NCBI GenBank assembly: GCA_041592395.1
Contig: JBFHQD010000001.1
Location: 1 to 58,810 of the forward strand
Reading direction: 5' to 3'
Length of the DNA: 58,810 bases
Source of the DNA: Bacteroidales bacterium
Lineage (GTDB): Bacteria > Bacteroidota > Bacteroidia > Bacteroidales > UBA12170
Shown here: positions 1-10,053 of the stretch, one piece after another
Layout of the letters: each line of letters begins with the position of its first letter
Numbering within the stretch: the first letter of the stretch is position 1
Position numbers and translations under genes: made by a program
Notes under the pieces: model-generated
Seen by the model: only the letters and a program-made list of their open reading frames with translations
Database searches by the model: none
What the model was told of the DNA's origin: nothing

Positions 1-420
1 ATGAGTGAAGAAACGGCTTATCTGATGATTTCGTTGATGAAAGGTGTTGTGGAAAGTGGAACAGGAATTCGATTGCGATATACCTATGGATTTAACAATC
101 CTATTGCCGGTAAAACAGGAACTACACAAAATCAATCGGATGGATGGTTTATGGGAATAACTCCAAAATTAGTTACCGGTGTTTGGGTCGGTGCCGAAGA
201 TCGCTCTGTTCATTTCAGAACGATTACCGAAGGTCAAGGCGCTAATATGGCTCTGCCAATTTGGGCTTTATTTATGAAACAAGTCTATGCCGATAAGAAA
301 ATAAACCTCTATAAGGGCGATTTTGAAAAACCTTCTAAGCCACTTTCCGTAGAAATTGATTGTGAGAAATACGATGCACAACAAAGGAAAAAGTTTTACG
401 AAACGGTAGATGATTTTTAA
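1..420 (+). CDS. mrcA: Penicillin-binding protein 1A, C-terminal part (truncated by window edge)
   Basis: Transpeptidase KTGT motif (AGKTGTTQNQSDGWFMG) and the G-A-x-x-A-L-P-I-W motif of class A PBPs. Confidence 0.85.
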   Translation: MSEETAYLMISLMKGVVESGTGIRLRYTYGFNNPIAGKTGTTQNQSDGWFMGITPKLVTGVWVGAEDRSVHFRTITEGQGANMALPIWALFMKQVYADKKINLYKGDFEKPSKPLSVEIDCEKYDAQQRKKFYETVDDF

Positions 421-429
421 TGTTTATTT

Positions 430-1125
430 ATGTCCCCCTCAACCGAAAAAATACAGGAGCGCTATGAGCAGAAGTTTGTTTTTAAACAAAAGCATCCTGA
501 TTTTGTCGAGGAAATCGTAAAAAATCATCCGGCCAATTTCCACGAAATATTTCAACAACGACAGGTAAATAATATCTATTTTGATGAACCTCATCTTCAG
601 TTTTTTACCGATCATAAAGCAGGAAGTACAAATCGCAAGAAAGTGAGAATCCGTTGGTATGGCAATACTTTCGGGAAAGTGAATAAACCGGTTCTAGAAT
701 TTAAATATCGAAAAGGTGCCCTGAGAATTAAAAAATCGTATCCGCTGGCGCGATTTAATAGCGAGCATGGTTGTGATGAACAACAATTAAAAAAGGTACT
801 TTCTAAATCCAGATTGCCGGATTATGTGCTTGCAGAAATGAAAAATTTGCTCCCGCAGCTCGTAAATACATACTCCAGAAGGTATTTTCGTTCGTCTGAT
901 TTGCAATATCGTTTTACGATTGATTGGGATTTAGCGTATTTTAAGTTTTTGTCGAATCAAGATGCGGATGAGCTAAAAGAAAATGATTTGATTGTTTTGG
1001 AACTGAAATTCCCTCTGCATATGAATACAGAAACGATTAAATCGAGCGCCGAGTTGCCCAAACAAGATGATGCTTTTTCGAAGTACATGTCGGGAATGAA
1101 GAAAATATATACGCATTTGGCTTAA
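430..1125 (+). CDS. VTC-domain (polyphosphate polymerase-like, CYTH/TTM superfamily) protein
   Basis: N-terminal ERYEQKF (ExExK-like), RKKVRIRWY, YSRRYF, RFTID, LELKF and FSKY motifs. Confidence 0.75.
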   Translation: MSPSTEKIQERYEQKFVFKQKHPDFVEEIVKNHPANFHEIFQQRQVNNIYFDEPHLQFFTDHKAGSTNRKKVRIRWYGNTFGKVNKPVLEFKYRKGALRIKKSYPLARFNSEHGCDEQQLKKVLSKSRLPDYVLAEMKNLLPQLVNTYSRRYFRSSDLQYRFTIDWDLAYFKFLSNQDADELKENDLIVLELKFPLHMNTETIKSSAELPKQDDAFSKYMSGMKKIYTHLA

Positions 1126-1150
1126 TCTTCTCGCATCCTAATTATACGCC

Positions 1151-1813
1151 TTATTTTAGTTTTTTCATATAGAGCAAGCTTAAGCCAATTAACAGAACAG
1201 CCAATGCGATACTAAAGCTTATCAGGTAAGGATAGTCTTGTAGACTTTGGTTTTGTTTAATAAAATAGCCCATACTCACATTAATAATGGATGTAGGAAG
1301 TAAACCAATGGCCGAACCTATAAAATAAGACGTAGGTTTTATTTTAGAGATCGAAAAAGCTGCATTTAAAAAACTGGTTGGAAAAATATAAAGACTACGT
1401 AAAATTACAATGGTCGAAAACCCTTTCTCTTCGATCAATTTGTTGATTTTTTTTATTTGTGCTTGTTCGCCATATTTTTTGGTAAAAACATGGAAAAACA
1501 AAAAATGGATATTGAAATAAGCTAAAATAACACCCAATGTCCTACTGATTAAACTAATTATTAAACCGGGTATAAATCCAAAAAGATAACCAAAGAGGAT
1601 GGAAAAATAAAAGGTTGGCAAATTGAGTACCGAAAATAAGATGAGCAATAGCGATAAAAGCAAGGCACTTATAAAGAAGTGATTTTCAATATAATTATAG
1701 GATTGCCTGATATATTCTATTTGAAAATAGTGTTGCAAATCAAACACAAAATAAGACAGGACAGCAAGCAGTACCGCAATAATATAGAATAAACGCAGGG
1801 ATGTAAATTTCAT
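1151..1813 (-). CDS. TVP38/TMEM64 (DedA/VTT family) membrane protein
   Basis: Multi-TM hydrophobic protein with GYLFG..G, LR....P and YFIGSAIGLLP motifs. Confidence 0.75.
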   Translation of the reverse strand: MKFTSLRLFYIIAVLLAVLSYFVFDLQHYFQIEYIRQSYNYIENHFFISALLLSLLLILFSVLNLPTFYFSILFGYLFGFIPGLIISLISRTLGVILAYFNIHFLFFHVFTKKYGEQAQIKKINKLIEEKGFSTIVILRSLYIFPTSFLNAAFSISKIKPTSYFIGSAIGLLPTSIINVSMGYFIKQNQSLQDYPYLISFSIALAVLLIGLSLLYMKKLK

Positions 1814-1925
1814 CTTTTTCTAATTTAATAATCGGATATTCCGATGGAATAGAAGCTCTTAAATAGGCATGCTTTACAAAATTATGTATTGAAAGTGATC
1901 TTTTAATAAATCAACCGCTTTATTT

Positions 1926-4406
1926 TTATTCTTTAAAATAGACCCGTTTGACCCGTCTAGAAATACCACTCAAAATTTCATAAGGTATTGTTTGCGCAAT
2001 TTTAGCTAAATCTCGTATGTCTTTCTGAGTATTAAAAATGATCACTTCATCACCTTCTTGTGCATGGGTTGCGCTAAGATCAATCATACACATATCCATG
2101 CAGATATCACCAAGTATCGGGACTTTAGTTTCGTTTACGGAAACAGTACTTCTTTCATTTCCCAACAAACGATTAAGTCCATCGGCATAACCTATCGGAA
2201 TAATACCAATGGTTTTGTCTTCTTTGCAAACATAGGCTCTGTTGTAACCTATGGTTTCTCCGCTTTTTATATGTTTAATTTGGGTAATGCTTGTTTTTAA
2301 GCGCCCGATATTTTGCAAATTCTTTTCCTCTTGCGGACTGGGCGATATGCCGTAAAGTCCAATGCCTAGTCGAACCATATCCAATTGATATTCAGGAAAA
2401 CGACTAATGCCCGAAGAGTTTAAAGTATGTCTGATTAACTTTTGCTCGAAATGGGCTTGAATCTTATCGCTTATTTCGTTTAGAATATGCACTTGTTCGT
2501 GTGTAAATTCATCAAATCGAGGATTGTCGCTCGCTGCCAAATGCGTAAAAATCGAAGTCGGATAAATTTGATTGTTTGCCTTAAGTCGCGAAATTAATTG
2601 ATCAATTTCGGACGGCACAAAACCAAGTCGATGCATGCCGGAGTCGATTTTAAGATGCACTTTTACCGGTTTGTTTTTTGGTAAGATATTGTTTTTAATG
2701 GCTTCTTCAAGTTTGCTAAGAACAGTAAAGCTATAAATTTCAGGTTCTAAATCGTATTTTAAGATCGTATCAAAACTTTGTTCGTCAGGACTCATCACCA
2801 TAATGGGTAAATTAATGCCTGATTTTCTGAGTTCTACGCCTTCATCAGCATAGGCTACAGCTAAATAATCAGCTCTGAAATATTGCATTATGTTTGCAAT
2901 TTCATAACTTCCGCTTCCGTAAGAAAATGCCTTAACCATGATCATCAACTTGGTTTCCGGCTTTAGTTTTAGGCGAAAATAATTCATATTGCTTATCATC
3001 GCATCGAGGTTGATTTCCAATACCGTTTGATGCGATTTTTGTTGCAACGTTTTTGATATTTGCTCAAATTCAAAAAAGCGGGCGCCTTTTAATAAAATGC
3101 TTTCGTTTTGAAAATTGGTTAGTGCAAATTGGTTAAGAAATTCGCTTGTTGTTGGATAGAAGGAGCTTTCCAGTTTAAATTGTTCGTGCATGCGCGACAG
3201 GGCAGGACCTATTCCTATCAATCGGTCAACCGTTTTTTCTTCGAGCAAAAGCGCGATTTCGCTGTAGAGTTCCATATCACTTTTTCCACTTTGCAAGATG
3301 TCGGATAGAATAAGTGTTTTTTTCTTGTGTTGATTTTGTTGATTTAGAAAATCAAGGGCTATCGCTAAAGAATTAATATCCGAGTTATAACTATCGTTGA
3401 TAATGGAACAATTATTAATGCCTTCTTTCAATTCCAAACGCATAGCCACCGGATTTAATCGGAGCATGCGTTCTTTTATCACTTCATTGTCGTAGCCTAA
3501 AAACAACATCAGCGCCCAAACATGACAACTGTTTTCTATTGATGCGCCATCAATAAACGGAATCTGAATATCAATTTCTTTTTCGTTATAAAGGGCTGTT
3601 AAAAGCGTCCGACTCTCGTTTTTTTGGGTCTTAATAATTTGTAAATCAGCGGCTTGTTTGGTGCTCCAGGTAAAAGCTTTAACACTTTCAAGAATTTGAG
3701 AGCGAATGATAATGCCTTGAATTTCAGAATGATCTAAACAGTAAATCAAAGTTTTTACTTTGGTAAACAGCTTGAGTTTTTCGCCTATTTTTTGACTGGC
3801 ATTGATAAAATTTTCGTTGTGTGCTTGACCAATATTTGTAAATATTCCAATGGTGGGCTGAATAATGGCTTGCAATTTTTGCATTTCGTCAGGCTCTGAA
3901 ATACCGGCCTCAAAAATAGCCATTTGGTGTTGTTCTTTCATTTGCCAAACACTCAAAGGAACGCCAACCTGCGAATTGTAACTTTTTGGACTACGAATAA
4001 TTTCCTTATCGGGATGAAGCATTTGATGCAACCACTCTTTAATAATGGTTTTTCCGTTGCTTCCCGTAATTCCAATGACCGGAATATCGAATTTTTTTCG
4101 CTTGTCGCTTACCAAGTGCTGGAGTGCTGCTAAGGTATCGTCAACAAGTAAAAAATGCGCGTCATGGAAATGCTCCATGCCTAAAGGGAGTGATGAAACC
4201 ATAAAATAGCGCAGCCCATTTTGATAAAGCGATGGAATGTATTTATGACCATCGTTTTTATTCGTTTTTAATGCGATAAAAAGGGTTCCGCTTGGTGAAA
4301 TTAATTTGCGACTATCAATTAAAATATCGCTAATTTCAGGATCAGTTTCACAATTTGAAACCAATTCACCGTTTACTACAGAAGCTATTACAGATAGAGT
4401 ATACAT
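1926..4406 (-). CDS. alr: Bifunctional MurF-like ligase/alanine racemase
   Basis: Mur ligase GITGSNGKT and INDSYN motifs; Alr motifs MVKAFSYG, HLKIDSGMHRLG, IGYADG, ICMDM, TIPYE. Confidence 0.95.
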   Translation of the reverse strand: MYTLSVIASVVNGELVSNCETDPEISDILIDSRKLISPSGTLFIALKTNKNDGHKYIPSLYQNGLRYFMVSSLPLGMEHFHDAHFLLVDDTLAALQHLVSDKRKKFDIPVIGITGSNGKTIIKEWLHQMLHPDKEIIRSPKSYNSQVGVPLSVWQMKEQHQMAIFEAGISEPDEMQKLQAIIQPTIGIFTNIGQAHNENFINASQKIGEKLKLFTKVKTLIYCLDHSEIQGIIIRSQILESVKAFTWSTKQAADLQIIKTQKNESRTLLTALYNEKEIDIQIPFIDGASIENSCHVWALMLFLGYDNEVIKERMLRLNPVAMRLELKEGINNCSIINDSYNSDINSLAIALDFLNQQNQHKKKTLILSDILQSGKSDMELYSEIALLLEEKTVDRLIGIGPALSRMHEQFKLESSFYPTTSEFLNQFALTNFQNESILLKGARFFEFEQISKTLQQKSHQTVLEINLDAMISNMNYFRLKLKPETKLMIMVKAFSYGSGSYEIANIMQYFRADYLAVAYADEGVELRKSGINLPIMVMSPDEQSFDTILKYDLEPEIYSFTVLSKLEEAIKNNILPKNKPVKVHLKIDSGMHRLGFVPSEIDQLISRLKANNQIYPTSIFTHLAASDNPRFDEFTHEQVHILNEISDKIQAHFEQKLIRHTLNSSGISRFPEYQLDMVRLGIGLYGISPSPQEEKNLQNIGRLKTSITQIKHIKSGETIGYNRAYVCKEDKTIGIIPIGYADGLNRLLGNERSTVSVNETKVPILGDICMDMCMIDLSATHAQEGDEVIIFNTQKDIRDLAKIAQTIPYEILSGISRRVKRVYFKE

Positions 4407-4441
4407 GCGATAAAATACGTTTTATTTTTAAGCGCTAAAAA

Positions 4442-5578
4442 CTAATAGGGGAGCCCCGCTTTGTCGTTGTTTTCATCAAGCAAGCTAGATGCATCCTCAT
4501 CCTTGGTGGTTTTTTGGTTTATCTTTTTAAGTGCAGAGGGCAAAGGATTTTGACTAATTTCATCAAAAAGCTTTCTGTTTTTGAAAATCTCTATACCTAA
4601 ATAAAGAGCTTGACGGAAGGAATCGGGTGAGGCCAAATCTTTACCAGCTATTTCGTATGCTGTTCCGTGAGCTGGCGATGTTCGTACAACAGGCAATCCG
4701 GCCGTAAAATTAACGCCGTCTTTAAATGCCAATGTCTTAAACGGAATCAAGCCTTGGTCGTGATACATCGCCAAGATAGCATCGAAGTTTTTATAATTTT
4801 CTGAAGCGAAAAATCCATCGGCAGGAAAAGGCCCGTAAGCAAGCAGACCTTCTTTTTGGGCGCTTTTAATGGCAGGAATAATAATTTCCTGCTCTTCGTT
4901 ACCAATTAATCCGTTATCAGAAGCATGCGGATTTAATCCAAGTATCGCAATTTTTGGTTTCCGGAGGCCAAAATCATATTCCAAAGAGCGGTGCAGCACT
5001 TTGATCTTTTTAATAATGAGTTCCGCACTTATTGTTGAGGCTACATCTTTTAAGGGTATATGGCCGGTAATAACACCGATTCGTAAATTTTGCTGAACCA
5101 TCAGCATTAAATAGTCTTTCGTATCAAAGGCTTTAGCTAAATAATCGGTATGACCGGCAAACTGAAAATTCTTCGATTGAATATTGTCTTTGTTTATTGG
5201 CGCTGTAACCAAAATATCAATATTCTTATTTTTTAAATCTTCGATGGCTTTTTCTATTGACCATAAAGCCATAGATCCCGCTTTTTTTGTCGATTTTCCC
5301 ACATCCAAAGCCGGCTCTTTTTCATCGTGCGACAAGATATTCAACTTATTGGATTGAAGCCGTGTAGCGTCTTTAACGTAGTTTATACCAATTCCACTTA
5401 GGTTTAGGGCTTTTATATAAAAATTAGTAACTTGCTGAGAACCATAAACCAGGTTTGTAGAAAATTCAAATATCCGTCTATCGCTAAACGTTTTTAAAAT
5501 AACTTCGTAACCGATACCATTGTAATCGCCGTGACTTATTCCAACCACAATTTGGTCCTTGTTTCGCCTTATATCCAT
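4442..5578 (-). CDS. pdxA: 4-hydroxythreonine-4-phosphate dehydrogenase
   Basis: TAPINK, GHTDYL, GLNPHA, AMYHDQG and RTSPAHGTA motifs. Confidence 0.95.
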   Translation of the reverse strand: MDIRRNKDQIVVGISHGDYNGIGYEVILKTFSDRRIFEFSTNLVYGSQQVTNFYIKALNLSGIGINYVKDATRLQSNKLNILSHDEKEPALDVGKSTKKAGSMALWSIEKAIEDLKNKNIDILVTAPINKDNIQSKNFQFAGHTDYLAKAFDTKDYLMLMVQQNLRIGVITGHIPLKDVASTISAELIIKKIKVLHRSLEYDFGLRKPKIAILGLNPHASDNGLIGNEEQEIIIPAIKSAQKEGLLAYGPFPADGFFASENYKNFDAILAMYHDQGLIPFKTLAFKDGVNFTAGLPVVRTSPAHGTAYEIAGKDLASPDSFRQALYLGIEIFKNRKLFDEISQNPLPSALKKINQKTTKDEDASSLLDENNDKAGLPY

Positions 5579-5720
5579 TGCATGTTTTTTGCAAATATAC
5601 TTATAATCTTGTTTGTAACATGGTGACCGGCACGCATTGTTTTAACAGAAAATGGGTATATTTAATCTTTGTATAACAACTGATTATTTTCTATTTTTGA
5701 AAAGCTAAACCCCAAAGACT

Positions 5721-7232
5721 ATGGCCCTACTCAATTCTGTTATTAGTTGGATTATGAAAAAGCGGATGCATCAAATTGAGCTTTTTATTAAATATCCGCA
5801 CGAGGTTCAACAAGAATGGTTTAAGTCTTTATTATCGAGGGCTCAGGATACAGAATGGGGAAAAGCTTACGATTATAAAAGTATAAAAACGATTGAACAG
5901 TATCGCGAACGTGTTCCGGTTTCAAGTTACGACGATTTGAAACCCTATATAGACAGAACCAGAGCCGGTGAGCAAAATATTTTATGGCCTTCGGCTATTA
6001 AATGGTATGCCAAATCGAGCGGAACTACAGCAGGCAAAAGCAAATTTATTCCGGTGAGCAAGCATGCCATTGAAGAATGCCACTTTAAAGGGGGGAAAGA
6101 TTTGCTTTCCTTGTATGTGAATAGTCATCCCGAAACCATGATTTTTGACGGAAAAAGTATTGGACTTGGAGGCAGTAACCAAATTAACGAGATAAACAAT
6201 GAGTCGTATTACGAAGGTGATTTATCGGCGATTCTGATTCAAAATTTGCCTTTTTGGGTGGAGATGCAAAGGACGCCAAATCTGGAAGTTACGCTAATGA
6301 GTGAGTGGGAAGAAAAGATCCATAAAATGGCGCAAATTACCATGCATCACGATGTTACTAAAATGGCCGGAGTGCCTTCGTGGTCGATGGTTTTGATTAA
6401 AAAAGTTTTAGAACTCAGTGGCGAGGAAAATATAAAGAAAGTATGGCCAAATTTTGAAGTCTTTTTTTGGGGGGGCGTAAATTTTGAACCTTATCGTAAG
6501 CAATTCAATGCACTTTTCGGCAACGAACCCGTTAATTATTGGCAAACCTATAATGCTTCTGAAGGTTTTTTTGGTATTCAGGATAGGAAAGATGCTGATG
6601 ATATGTTGCTGATGTTAGATTATGGTGTTTTTTATGAATTTATACCCTCAGATCAGCTCAATGCGGATAATCCCCGAATAATTGGCTTGGACGAAGTTCA
6701 GCTCCACGTGAATTATGCATTGCTTATCACTACAAATGCCGGTTTGTGGCGGTACAAAATTGGTGATACCATCGTCTTTACTTCTCTCCAACCTTATCGT
6801 ATTAAAGTGAGTGGAAGAACTCAAAATTTTATCAATTCGGTGGGTGAGGAACTTATTGTTGATAATGCGGATAAAGCCATTGCCGCGGCTTGCCAGAAGT
6901 GCAATGTAAATGTAAACGAATATACGGCCGGACCTGTGTATAAACTCAATGCAAATAAAGCTTGCCACGAGTGGATTATTGAGTTTGAAGAAGTGCCTCA
7001 GGATATGAATGCTTTTATCAACGCACTCGACAAAGCATTAAAATCGTTTAATTCTGATTACGAAGCAAAACGCTATAAAAATATGGTTTTAATTGAGCCG
7101 CTAGTGCACAGTGCTCAGAAAGGAACATTTTATAAGTGGCTGAAAATGAAAGGAAAGTTGGGTGGACAGCATAAAGTTCCGCGACTAGCCAATAATAGGG
7201 AATACTTGGATGAAATTTTAGAATTGTTGTAG
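5721..7232 (+). CDS. GH3 auxin-responsive family acyl-adenylate/amido synthetase-like protein
   Basis: SSGTTAGKSK, YNASEG, RYKIGD and GGQHKVPRL motifs. Confidence 0.9.
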   Translation: MALLNSVISWIMKKRMHQIELFIKYPHEVQQEWFKSLLSRAQDTEWGKAYDYKSIKTIEQYRERVPVSSYDDLKPYIDRTRAGEQNILWPSAIKWYAKSSGTTAGKSKFIPVSKHAIEECHFKGGKDLLSLYVNSHPETMIFDGKSIGLGGSNQINEINNESYYEGDLSAILIQNLPFWVEMQRTPNLEVTLMSEWEEKIHKMAQITMHHDVTKMAGVPSWSMVLIKKVLELSGEENIKKVWPNFEVFFWGGVNFEPYRKQFNALFGNEPVNYWQTYNASEGFFGIQDRKDADDMLLMLDYGVFYEFIPSDQLNADNPRIIGLDEVQLHVNYALLITTNAGLWRYKIGDTIVFTSLQPYRIKVSGRTQNFINSVGEELIVDNADKAIAAACQKCNVNVNEYTAGPVYKLNANKACHEWIIEFEEVPQDMNAFINALDKALKSFNSDYEAKRYKNMVLIEPLVHSAQKGTFYKWLKMKGKLGGQHKVPRLANNREYLDEILELL

Positions 7233-7517
7233 ATGAAACGGAGTTTTAAGATTTAAAATAAACGTAATTTCAAAAAATATTAACAATTGAAAAAGATCGG
7301 GTTTGCCTTAAATTCAGTCATTTGGAATAGGAAATGCACTTGAGATTAAGTTATGGTTAATAGATTCTATTTTTGATCGTAAAATCAAATAAATTTATCA
7401 TTTACCTTTGCTAGGTTTTAGGGCAGAATTCATTTGTCAGACAATTAAATAAGAAAATAATGTTCTAATTTTGAGTGGAAAACACCTAAATTGGATAAAA
7501 ATAAAAACCGTATAAAT

Positions 7518-8132
7518 ATGCATATCGCAATAGCAGGAAATATTGGATCAGGAAAAACTACGCTAACTGGTCTGTTAGCCAAACAAATGGGCTGGAAAGC
7601 TTTGTTTGAAAGTGTTGATGACAATCCTTATTTAGATAGTTTTTACGAAGATATGAAACGCTGGTCGTTCAATCTTCAGGTGTACTTTCTAAACAGTCGC
7701 TTTAGGCAAGTGGTTGATATCCGCAAAAGCGATAAAACCATTATTCAAGATAGAACCATCTACGAAGATGCTTATATTTTCGCTCCCAATTTGCATGCCA
7801 TGAACTTAATGACAACGCGCGATTTTGATAATTATTTATCGCTTTTTGAGTTGATGAGCTCTTTTATTCAACCTCCTGATTTGCTTATTTATCTGCGTGC
7901 CAGCGTTCCTACTTTGGTTAATCAAATTCAAAAAAGAGGTCGCGATTATGAAGAAACCATTCGAATTGATTATCTGAAAAAACTAAACGAAAGATACGAA
8001 GAGTGGATTAGTTCATACACCATCGGTAAATTGCTCATTGTTGATGTTGATAATACCGATTTTACCGAAAATCCGCAAGACCTGGGCGATGTGATAGAAA
8101 AAATAAACGCCGAGATTCACGGACTGTTTTAA
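7518..8132 (+). CDS. Deoxynucleoside kinase
   Basis: P-loop GNIGSGKTT, DRTIYED, RGRDYE; ATG at 7518 preferred over TTG at 7491. Confidence 0.92.
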   Translation: MHIAIAGNIGSGKTTLTGLLAKQMGWKALFESVDDNPYLDSFYEDMKRWSFNLQVYFLNSRFRQVVDIRKSDKTIIQDRTIYEDAYIFAPNLHAMNLMTTRDFDNYLSLFELMSSFIQPPDLLIYLRASVPTLVNQIQKRGRDYEETIRIDYLKKLNERYEEWISSYTIGKLLIVDVDNTDFTENPQDLGDVIEKINAEIHGLF

Positions 8133-8150
8133 ATCTGAAGAGAAATTACT

Positions 8151-8897
8151 ATGCGTATTTTAGGCATTATTCCTGCACGTTATGAATCGAGCCGATTTCC
8201 AGGAAAACCTTTGGCCATGATTCAGGGAAAGTCGATGATACAGCGTGTCTATGAACAAGCAGCCAAAGCAAAATCATTAAATCAGGTTATTGTCGCCACG
8301 GACGATACGCGCATTTTTGACCACGTGCAAAGTTTTGGCGGGAAAGTGGTGATGACGAGGCCAAATCATACGTCGGGAACAGACCGATGCAACGAAGTCG
8401 TTGAAAAACTGGAAGCAGAAACCGAAGTGTTTGAGGTAATCGTAAATATTCAAGGTGATGAGCCTTTTATAAATCCCGTTCAAATCGATCAATTGACGGC
8501 CACTTTTAAACAGAAAACCACCGAAATAGCTACACTTATCAAACCGATCAAGGATAAAGAAGTTTTGAATAATCCGAATGTGGTTAAAGTCGTTAGGCAA
8601 CTCAATGGGAAAGCCCTTTATTTTAGCCGTTTTCCAATTCCTTATTTCCGGGGATTGCAAGATGAGTCTGTTTTTTCAAAAGCAACTTATTATAAGCATT
8701 TGGGTATTTATGCGTATAAAGCAGACATTCTGCGTCGTATTTGTACTTTAGAGAAGAGTAATTTGGAAGATACCGAATCCTTAGAGCAGTTGAGATGGCT
8801 CGAAAATGGGTTCAGCATCCAAACAGAAATTACTACTTTTGAATCGCGTGCAGTGGATACTCCGGAAGACTTATTAAAACTTACGAACAATTCTTGA
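8151..8897 (+). CDS. kdsB: 3-deoxy-manno-octulosonate cytidylyltransferase
   Basis: IPARYESSRFPGKPL, SGTDR, NIQGDEP, LEQLRWLE, VDTPED. Confidence 0.97.
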   Translation: MRILGIIPARYESSRFPGKPLAMIQGKSMIQRVYEQAAKAKSLNQVIVATDDTRIFDHVQSFGGKVVMTRPNHTSGTDRCNEVVEKLEAETEVFEVIVNIQGDEPFINPVQIDQLTATFKQKTTEIATLIKPIKDKEVLNNPNVVKVVRQLNGKALYFSRFPIPYFRGLQDESVFSKATYYKHLGIYAYKADILRRICTLEKSNLEDTESLEQLRWLENGFSIQTEITTFESRAVDTPEDLLKLTNNS

Positions 8898-8942
8898 TTT
8901 ATTCTGCATTCAGCGCTACTTTTGACTTTCTAAAAATTAGTA

Positions 8943-9989
8943 ATGGATATTGCTGCACATATTAGTCGATTGGTTCTCGAACACGAATGCGTGATCATTC
9001 CCGGATTAGGTGCATTCCTTACCAATTATCATGCAGCTCAAATAAACGAAAGTCATCACCAAATTCGGCCTGCATCGCGCAGCTTGGTGTTTAATTCGCA
9101 GTTGAATACAAACGATGGATTGCTGGCAAATCATTTAGCACAACGTTTAAATATTCCCTACAAAACCGCTTTACAGGTTTTAAATGTATTTGTAAGTTAT
9201 TGTCAGAGAGATCTTGCCGAAGGAAAGCAAATTGCTTTTGGCGATCTTGGAATTTTGGATATGAATAGTCATTTCAAACTGGAATTCCACCCCAATACAA
9301 GCATCAATTACAACGAAGATGCCTTTGGATTGAAAGCAATTGCGCTAAAACGCATGGAGCGAAAGCCGGATTTTAGTTTGCAAGCTCCGCTCCAAAAAAC
9401 GGTAATCAAACCCAGAAACACGAAGGTTATCAAATTAAATGCGCAAACACTTCAAAGAATTGCAGCTGTGCTTATTCCGATAGCTGTTTTGATAAGTGCC
9501 GTCTTTTATTTGCCTTCTTTGATGCAGCAAAGTTCTAATCTGCAGCAAACTTCGGTGCTTTCCTTCTTAGACAGTTCGCAAAAAAATGAATCATCCGAAA
9601 ATAGAGAACCGGCGCAAATGAATGAGAATAAGTTGGTTGAGGAATCAGCAACAGTTCTCGTTTCGGATATAGAAGGAACAGACGAAATGGCCATTACAAC
9701 GCATGAACCTGCGAATACGAATGGCTTTATTGTAAAAGAAACCTTAGCACAACCCAAAGGCCAGTACCATATTATTTGTGGCTCATTTATCGAAAAAGCG
9801 AGAGCCGATGCATTAGTCACACGCTTACGTGCCGAAGGTTTTGATGCTTTTGTTGCCGGACAAAGCAATAGGGGAACTTATCGCGTGAGCATGCAATCTT
9901 TTAACAATGCACACGATGCAACTAAACAGGTTCAATGGCTTCGTCATCAAGGATATAGCATGGCGTGGATATTGAATAAAAACCTCTAA
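8943..9989 (+). CDS. HU-like (CCDC81-type) N-terminal domains + TM + SPOR domain protein
   Basis: CVIIPGLGAF and LNTNDGLL N-terminus, central TM helix, C-terminal YHIICGSF...YRVS SPOR motif. Confidence 0.85.
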   Translation: MDIAAHISRLVLEHECVIIPGLGAFLTNYHAAQINESHHQIRPASRSLVFNSQLNTNDGLLANHLAQRLNIPYKTALQVLNVFVSYCQRDLAEGKQIAFGDLGILDMNSHFKLEFHPNTSINYNEDAFGLKAIALKRMERKPDFSLQAPLQKTVIKPRNTKVIKLNAQTLQRIAAVLIPIAVLISAVFYLPSLMQQSSNLQQTSVLSFLDSSQKNESSENREPAQMNENKLVEESATVLVSDIEGTDEMAITTHEPANTNGFIVKETLAQPKGQYHIICGSFIEKARADALVTRLRAEGFDAFVAGQSNRGTYRVSMQSFNNAHDATKQVQWLRHQGYSMAWILNKNL

Positions 9990-10053
9990 ACCGATCTGCT
10001 TTTATCGTTCCATTTAAAAGTATTTTTTATTTTCGTTTTAAAAACAGAATAGC

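Noticed and set aside
1926-4406. MurF-Alr fusion as a novelty
   Set aside because: Common, known architecture in Bacteroidota
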